In this document: piece by piece, positions 57,689 to 64,000 of the stretch
How positions within the stretch are numbered: the stretch's first letter is position 1
Layout of the letters: the number at the start of each line of letters is the position of its first letter
Source: an uncultured Chloroflexia bacterium
Lineage (GTDB): Bacteria; Chloroflexota; Chloroflexia; QHBQ01; JADMIH01
DNA: 64,000 bases
Assembly (NCBI GenBank): GCA_963797095.1
Contig: CAWCNY010000006.1
Span: 448,001-512,000, forward strand
Reading direction: 5' to 3'
Program-made: the position numbers and the translations under genes
The notes under the pieces: model-generated
Seen by the model: the letters and a program-made list of their open reading frames with translations, nothing else
Databases searched by the model: none
Told to the model about the DNA's origin: nothing

Positions 57689-60064
57689 ATGGCGCAAAAT
57701 AATACGGGGATGCAGAGCGCACTTTTTCGGCTATTCATATTCTGTCTGATTCTTGTTGTGCCGCTGCTGATACTTGGAAGCAGCGCCATCTCTTCGGCGG
57801 TCGCATCGGCTCCGTTGCCGGGCAATGGTGCGCCGGCCAATCAGGTGAAGCGAGCGGATAACCCTTATCAGACGACGCATAGCACCGACGACAAACTTCC
57901 TCCCCAGGCAGGCGGCACCACTACGCCATATCCCGGTGGCGACAAGTTCAACTCGACATCTGATAATATTTCCGGCGGTACAACTACTCCCACAGCCACG
58001 CCTACCCTCTGCAACGCCAACTACAATTACGTCATAGCCACCTCAACAGCCACCATTGTCCCAGGGACATTTGATATCGGTAACAACACCGACGAAGGCA
58101 CCACCTTTGTTAGCTTGCCGTTTGATTTCAGGCTCTATGATCAGACATTCAGTGGAGTTACGGTCTCCTCGAATGGCACTGCGGAATTTGACAGCGAAAT
58201 TGGTTATTACGAGAATGACTGTCTCCCATCTTTCAACATACCCACCTACGCTATCTACCCCTACTGGGATGATCAGCGCACCGATGGTACTTGCTCAGGC
58301 GTGCCCTGCGGTATCTACACGTCCATAACGGGCATCGCCCCAAATCGAATATTCAATATAGAGTGGCGTACACGCTATTTCTCCGGTGGTGGCACGGCTC
58401 ATTACGAGTTGAGGTTGTATGAGACTTCAACCAACGCGCGATTCGACATAATATACGATCTTATAGGCCAGGGGAATGGCAGCGCCACTACAGGCGTGCA
58501 GAAGAATAGCTCTCTACATACGCAATACTTCTGCAACGGCGGCGGTGGCACACCCTCCATAGGCTTAATGCTCGTCTTTACCCAGCCGCCCTGCATGACG
58601 GCTACTCCATCGCCAACCAACACCCCTTTGGGTGCGACCAACACCCCCACGCGCACCAATACACCACCTTCCACCAATACGCCCACGCGCACTAACACAT
58701 CTACAGCCACCAACACCCCCACTCGCACCAGTACTTCCACTGCTACCAATACCCCGACCAGAACTAACACATCAGTGCCTGCCACCAGCACATCTACACG
58801 CACCAATACATCTACGGCTACCAGTACACCAACCAGAACTAACACACCGCTGCCTGGCACCAACACAGCAACTCGGACTAACACGCCACTACCTGCTACC
58901 AATACCCCGACGCGCACTAACACACCCATAGGAGCGACCAATACTCCAACACCTACTGACACACCTGCCAATACCTCGACCAATACGGCCACAATCACCC
59001 CAGGACCGAGTAGCACTCCTACCAGTACAAGCACCGGTACGGCCACACCACCGCCGAGCGATACGCCTACGCTGACCTCCACTCCTACGGTGACCGACAC
59101 ACCACTACCTACGCAAACCCCCGGTGGACCAACCGCCACGCCTGTGCCTACGGACACCCGCACCAGCACGGCCACTCACACCCCACCGCCAACCGGCACC
59201 CCAACGCGCACTCAAACCAACTCTCCAACACGTACGCCAACACGCACTCCAACTAATTCTCGTACCGCCACTCCCACTCGCACCCCAACGCGCACGCATA
59301 CCCCTCTACCAAACACATCCACATCCACGCCCATTCCTCCTAGCCCAACCGAGATGGCTCCCACCGAGACCGTCCCACCGTCAGCCACGGCGACCAATAC
59401 TTCGGTGCCGCCCACGCCTACCCCCACCTCATGTTCACTGCACTTCACCGATGTTCTGCCCGGTAATACTTTCTACGACAACATCAGGTGCCTTGCTTGC
59501 CGTGGCATTATCAATGGGTATTCGTCAGACTGCGAAACAGGCAATCCGTGCTTCAAGCCGGGCAACAACGTGACCAGGGGACAGCTTGCAAAGATCGTAG
59601 CGAACGCGGCTGGCTTCAACGATACTGCGATTGACCAGCAATTCGAGGATGTGCCCCCCGGATCTACTTTCTTCAGTTACGTATGGCGGCTTGCCGACAG
59701 AGGCTACATCTCAGGCTACCCATGCGGCGGGCCAGGGGAGCCATGTCTTACCGGCTTGCCATACTTTAGGCCAAACGCCAACATCACCAGGGGCCAACTC
59801 TCCAAGATCGTAGCGAACGCGGCGGGCTTCAACGAGACCACAGGCGCGCAGCAATTCCAGGATGTAGCGCCCAACTCCACTTTCTTCGCCTTCATCTGGC
59901 GTCTGGTCAATAGGAGCATAATGTCAGGCTACCCATGTGGCGGGCCTGGAGAGCCTTGTGGCAGCAGCGGCTTGCCTTACTTCCGCCCGGGCGCGAACGC
60001 CACCAGAGGGCAGGCAAGCAAGATTGTGGCAAATACCTTCCTCCCTGGCTGCGATACCCCATAA
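57689..60064 (+). CDS. Secreted protein with a beta-rich domain, long Thr/Pro tandem-repeat linker and C-terminal SLH-like module
   Basis: (TNTPTRTNT)n repeats; FTDV...[16 protein letters not shown]-type repeat x3. Confidence 0.85.
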   Translation: MAQNNTGMQSALFRLFIFCLILVVPLLILGSSAISSAVASAPLPGNGAPANQVKRADNPYQTTHSTDDKLPPQAGGTTTPYPGGDKFNSTSDNISGGTTTPTATPTLCNANYNYVIATSTATIVPGTFDIGNNTDEGTTFVSLPFDFRLYDQTFSGVTVSSNGTAEFDSEIGYYENDCLPSFNIPTYAIYPYWDDQRTDGTCSGVPCGIYTSITGIAPNRIFNIEWRTRYFSGGGTAHYELRLYETSTNARFDIIYDLIGQGNGSATTGVQKNSSLHTQYFCNGGGGTPSIGLMLVFTQPPCMTATPSPTNTPLGATNTPTRTNTPPSTNTPTRTNTSTATNTPTRTSTSTATNTPTRTNTSVPATSTSTRTNTSTATSTPTRTNTPLPGTNTATRTNTPLPATNTPTRTNTPIGATNTPTPTDTPANTSTNTATITPGPSSTPTSTSTGTATPPPSDTPTLTSTPTVTDTPLPTQTPGGPTATPVPTDTRTSTATHTPPPTGTPTRTQTNSPTRTPTRTPTNSRTATPTRTPTRTHTPLPNTSTSTPIPPSPTEMAPTETVPPSATATNTSVPPTPTPTSCSLHFTDVLPGNTFYDNIRCLACRGIINGYSSDCETGNPCFKPGNNVTRGQLAKIVANAAGFNDTAIDQQFEDVPPGSTFFSYVWRLADRGYISGYPCGGPGEPCLTGLPYFRPNANITRGQLSKIVANAAGFNETTGAQQFQDVAPNSTFFAFIWRLVNRSIMSGYPCGGPGEPCGSSGLPYFRPGANATRGQASKIVANTFLPGCDTP

Positions 60065-60090
60065 GGGAGCTACCCATCCTGCATCTGATC

Positions 60091-60139
60091 CCGAGACAAA
60101 TAAGATTGGCGGTTTTGCTGCCAATCTTATTTGTCTCGG
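60091..60139. repeat. Palindrome, GGCGG-core family
   Basis: CCGAGACAAATAAGATTGGCGG-TTTTG-CTGCCAATCTTATTTGTCTCGG. Confidence 0.8.
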
Positions 60140-60280
60140 AACTCCATCCTTCCCAATTCGGGGACGAACCACCTGCAAACAGGCGGTGTATTCTCTACAA
60201 TACTGCCACGGCCCGCACACCACGCTGGGCCTGTGATCCTCCCCCTACTCGCCGGCACCCACATGCAGGAGGTAACCCTG

Positions 60281-61924
60281 ATGGTCATACACCACCGAGG
60301 TCTATTCAGCGCTGTGCTTTCTACTCTGCTGGCCGCCATGATTTGCGGCTCCTTTCCATCAGCGCGCACATCGGCCATGATCGCCACCAGCAGCCGTACT
60401 TTCCCCGAAACGGGAAAGACAGTGCAGGAAAGGTTCCTCGAATACTGGGATGAGCACGGCGGCTTACCACAACAGGGCTACCCCATCTCCGATGAGCTTC
60501 AAGAAAAGAGCGATACCGACGGCAAGACTTACACCGTCCAGTACTTCGAGCGCGCTTTGTTTGAGTTGCACCCTGAGAACGAACCTCCAAACGATGTCCT
60601 CCTGGCGCTCCTTGGCAACTTCCTTTACAACCGCAAGTACCCCTCTGGCGCACCTGTCCAGACGCCCAACAACGAGCCGGGGTCGCAGGCATTCTCTCAG
60701 ACGAATAAGCGCCTGGGCGGGGTCTTCCTGCAATACTGGCAAGAGCATGGTGGGTTGGCTCAGCAGGGCTATCCGATCTCCGATGAGTTTGTGGAGGCCA
60801 GCGACCTGGATGGTAAACCCTACACCGTCCAGTACTTCGAAAGGGCCGTCTTCGAGAAGCATCCGGAAAATACGGGCACACCCTACGAAGTGCTCTTATC
60901 CCAGCTGGGCACCTTCCGCTACCGGGACAATTACACCACTCCCTCTCCAACCCCAACACCTGCTTCTCAAGCCACTCAGCCTGTTCCGGCGGGTACAATT
61001 CCATCGGCCAGGGCAGGACACGACCTCGTCTACGATGACGCTCTCAAAATGGTGCTACTGGTGAACGGAGAGGACGCCGCCGGGGAGCCGGATGGCACAC
61101 CAAGCAAAATCTGGGGGTGGGACGGGTATCAGTGGAAAATCGTCAGCGCGGATGGCCCTCCTGTGCGCTCGCTGGGTGGCGTCGCCTACGATCCTGACCG
61201 CAACATGCTTGTGCTGTACGGTGGCAGCACCAAAACCACCAGCTATGACGAGACATGGGAGTGGGACGGCTCAACTTGGCGAAAGAACGATACAGAGGGA
61301 ATCGGCTTCTGGCACCACGGCTCGATGGCTTACGACAGCGCCCTACATCAAATCGTCCTGTACGGGGGCAACTTGCAGGCGACTGCCTCCACGCAAAGCA
61401 ATATCTCGTTCCCTGCGGAGACCTGGTCGTGGGATGGCGCGGCCTGGCAGCAGTCTTCCGCCCCCGGTCTGGGGGCGCGCTACCATTATGCTATGACCTA
61501 CGACAGCATACGAGATAACGTGCTGCTCTTTGGAGGTTCCTCCCATTCCCGCGACTTCAACGACCTGTGGGCCTGGGACGGCTCCACCTGGACCAAATAC
61601 TCACCAGGTGGCCCTGCTCCTTCGTCCCGCGTCGCGGCCCGGATGGCATTTGACGAACGCAGCGGTAAGGCGGTCCTTTTTGGCGGTCTCACCCCAGCCT
61701 ACACTGACCTGGACGACACCTGGACGTGGGATGGTACCCGGTGGACCCTGGTAGATTTTCCGGGCCCCAAGCCACCAGCCAGGAGTCACCATGCGATGGC
61801 CTACGACAAGCAGCGAGGGCGCATAGTCCTCTTTGGTGGTGTCACAGGCGAAATGCAGGCAATACAGCTTCAAGACACCTGGGAGTGGGATGGTGCCACC
61901 TGGGCAAAAGTATCAGGCCCATGA
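60281..61924 (+). CDS. Secreted protein with two 'FPETG...QYFER' modules and a kelch-like beta-propeller
   Basis: ATG at 60281 after GGAGG; repeated MAYD...VLFGG...TWEWDG blades. Confidence 0.85.
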   Translation: MVIHHRGLFSAVLSTLLAAMICGSFPSARTSAMIATSSRTFPETGKTVQERFLEYWDEHGGLPQQGYPISDELQEKSDTDGKTYTVQYFERALFELHPENEPPNDVLLALLGNFLYNRKYPSGAPVQTPNNEPGSQAFSQTNKRLGGVFLQYWQEHGGLAQQGYPISDEFVEASDLDGKPYTVQYFERAVFEKHPENTGTPYEVLLSQLGTFRYRDNYTTPSPTPTPASQATQPVPAGTIPSARAGHDLVYDDALKMVLLVNGEDAAGEPDGTPSKIWGWDGYQWKIVSADGPPVRSLGGVAYDPDRNMLVLYGGSTKTTSYDETWEWDGSTWRKNDTEGIGFWHHGSMAYDSALHQIVLYGGNLQATASTQSNISFPAETWSWDGAAWQQSSAPGLGARYHYAMTYDSIRDNVLLFGGSSHSRDFNDLWAWDGSTWTKYSPGGPAPSSRVAARMAFDERSGKAVLFGGLTPAYTDLDDTWTWDGTRWTLVDFPGPKPPARSHHAMAYDKQRGRIVLFGGVTGEMQAIQLQDTWEWDGATWAKVSGP

Positions 61925-61988
61925 TAACTCTTCTCGAATCTAGTAGAATATAGATATCAACCACAAATGAGGAGGGTACAGGGCCTGG

Positions 61989-62477
61989 ATGCCAATCTAT
62001 GAGTATAGATGCCCCGACTGCAAGCGCCGGGTGAGCATCTTCTTCACCAGCTTCAGCGCCGCCGATAGGCGTACTGAGGCCGGGGATGTCGAGTGCCCCA
62101 GGTGCGGCGGCAAGCGGTTATCCCGCTTGATATCCAAAGTGAATATGGTCAGGGGTGGCTCAGCCAACGGGGCCGACGATACTGCCTTCGACGACATGGG
62201 TGACGATGCTATGGGCGACATGGATGGTATGGGCGGTATGGACAAGATGTTCGAAGGTCTGGACGACGAAGATCCCCGCTCTGTAGCTCGCTGGGCGCGC
62301 CAGATGAAAGAAAGCATGGGCGACGAAATGGATCTGGGGCCGGAGTTCGACCAGGCGCTGGCTCGCATCGAATCAGGCGAGGACCCCGATAGAGTAATGG
62401 ACGATATGGACCCCGAGGCCCTCGGCGGCCCGGGCGGTGACGAAGGCGATGATGGCGACTTCGATAGCGATTTTTGA
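61989..62477 (+). CDS. FmdB family zinc-ribbon protein
   Basis: MPIYEYRCPDC...CPRCG; acidic DPRSVARW C-terminal domain. Confidence 0.88.
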   Translation: MPIYEYRCPDCKRRVSIFFTSFSAADRRTEAGDVECPRCGGKRLSRLISKVNMVRGGSANGADDTAFDDMGDDAMGDMDGMGGMDKMFEGLDDEDPRSVARWARQMKESMGDEMDLGPEFDQALARIESGEDPDRVMDDMDPEALGGPGGDEGDDGDFDSDF

Positions 62478-62518
62478 TCCTCTATTCCTGAAAAGCCTCT
62501 TCCCAATCTAGGGATCGG

Positions 62519-62785
62519 TTACTGAAGTAGAAGCTCGAAATGCACGTGATCTCCCTCTTCTACGCCTGTGCCTGTTAGTCTGGTCCACAGGTGTTGAGCC
62601 AAGAGCAAGCTCTTTTCGCCGATCAGCGCGGTGGCCACACTGCCTACCACGAATCCGAAGGCTACACCGAGCAGACCTATCAGCACATAATTGCCCGTAG
62701 CCGACTTCGGAGCTATGGCGACGCTAATCGCCGGGCGTTTCTGGTTGCCTATATTCAGAGTACCATGTTCCGTTTTGACCTGCAT
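62519..62785 (-). CDS. Small hypothetical membrane protein
   Basis: 88 aa, one TM segment, GGGGT RBS-like sequence. Confidence 0.6.
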   Translation of the reverse strand: MQVKTEHGTLNIGNQKRPAISVAIAPKSATGNYVLIGLLGVAFGFVVGSVATALIGEKSLLLAQHLWTRLTGTGVEEGDHVHFELLLQ

Positions 62786-62882
62786 CGCTCTACCCCCGGC
62801 ACGTCATTGTGCGTGCGACATCAACTAATTGCATAGTGCATGCTGCAAACTGCGTCTGCTTATGATCCGCTACGTTCTTATG

Positions 62883-63226
62883 TTACTGGACCACCAGCAC
62901 AGGTTGGGCACCCGCCCATAGCTGCTCCAGGCGATAGTATTCGCGTGTTGCCTTATCGAATATGTGGACCAGGACAGGACCATAGTCCATCAATACCCAT
63001 TTGGCATCGGTCATGCCCTCAACGTTGAGGGGATTTGTCCTGCTTCGCCCAGTTTCTCGTCTATCTCCCGTGCTATGGCCTTCACGTGGCGTTCGCTTGT
63101 GCCTGTGCAGATAACGAAGTAGTCGGCGATGATGGACACTTTGCGTATATCGAGCATGACTATGTCTTCAGCTTTGCGGTCTTCTGCGATATCGACCATT
63201 CTGCGAGCCAGTTCGTTTGGTTCCAG
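62883..63226 (-). pseudogene. rsfS: Ribosome silencing factor RsfS with a 1 bp frameshift (possible assembly error)
   Basis: DRKAEDIVMLD...ADYFVICTG in one frame; VEG...WVLMDYG..VHIF...REYYRLEQLW in the -1 frame; shift near 63029-63036; probable CTG start after GGAGG. Confidence 0.85.
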
Positions 63227-63437
63227 TGTTTCCCTCCATCTTTCAGTTCTCTTTGCCGGGGACCTCTTCTCCGGCAATACTGAGCACATTTCATACCGCT
63301 AGTATAGGGTGGCGCGCTCCCTGCCTGCCCGGTATCCCCAAGGGAATTATAACATAAGGAGATTGTGAAAATCCCCCAATATAGAAGCAGGACAACCTCT
63401 TTATATAGGTTGTCCTACCGTTTGGATCCGCATTGAG

Positions 63438-64000
63438 CTATTTGACGAAGAACATGTAAGCCGCGAAAGCGTAAAGCGCGATGGCTATGATGATCAGCAC
63501 TATCGCACCCACGGGGATACGTCTGCGTCTGCCGCTCTTGCCGTCTACCTTGATCTTGAGCGACGAGTTGGCATCCGATGCCTTGAGAGGCCCCGTGAGG
63601 TTCCCCGTTCCTACAGCACCTGTGTTGGAGTTGTTGCTGAGGAATCCCGTGCCCAGCGGCCCTGTGGCTGCTGAGATCGTGTTGTCGAACGCTCCCGTAG
63701 TGAGGTCAAACGATGTCGTAGTGCGCTCCAGCCTGCCTGCTCCGATCCCACCGGTGTCGGTTGCTGCTGCGCTATCTCCGCCTACGGCGTTCAGCACCTG
63801 TCGTCGCAGGGCAACCCAGCGCAGTCCGAGGTTGGCTTCCTCGTTCGTCGAGTTCGAGCAGCACCGCCCTCTGGAATGCGGCCTCTGCCTCCTCCAGGTC
63901 GGGGCTGGTGCCTCCTAGCCACACCCACACCTCTGCTGTGTCGGGGTGACTGGTTGCCAGCGATTGAAAAATGCGATGTGCGCTCGCTCTATCGCCTTCT
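63438..64000 (-). CDS. TPR-containing membrane-anchored protein (3' part), apparent +1 frameshift near 63853
   Basis: Manual translation HPDTAEVWVWLG...AEAAFQRAVLL joins TNEEANLGLRW...VLNAVGG only if one A is removed; C-terminal TM segment. Confidence 0.6.

Noticed and set aside
58402-59175. Val/Gly-rich minus-strand ORF
   Set aside because: Antisense reading of the Thr/Pro repeat linker.

Overview
About 64 kb of bacterial chromosome, moderately GC-rich. It is most likely Chloroflexota, judged from the paired 'FPETG...QYFER' surface modules, Cys-containing SLH-like C-terminal modules, SARP/XRE-NB-ARC-TPR regulators and the fhaA/fhaB pair; this is an inference, not a database result. Content is mostly housekeeping, envelope and regulatory genes: an ATP-dependent ligase (partial), a Cys/Thr proline-racemase-family dehydratase, a PAS-GAF-GAF kinase, fadD, a sigma-70 factor, PadR/ABC/two FtsX permeases, hpt, fhaA-fhaB-VanW, kbl, an HD-GYP protein, metG, rsfS, several GT-C/GT2/GT4 glycosyltransferases and Thr/Pro-rich surface proteins. 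A small toxin-antitoxin/HNH islet is also present. I found no rRNA, tRNA, CRISPR array or transposase. Most notable: (1) a family-A DNA polymerase with no 5'-3' exonuclease, an N-terminal Zn-ribbon plus G/N/Y-rich low-complexity region, and two full LAGLIDADG inteins; (2) extreme patchy top-strand C-richness in the first ~13.6 kb, independent of gene orientation and interleaved with REP-like hairpins; (3) a dispersed family of 40-57 bp near-perfect palindromes with a conserved GGCGG/CCGCC core and co-varying arms; (4) a highly structured ~390 nt leader before the sigma factor, and a LexA-box-like promoter firing into unannotated sequence; (5) many period-7 tandem repeats with different units. 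Two single-base frameshifts near the right end may be assembly errors.
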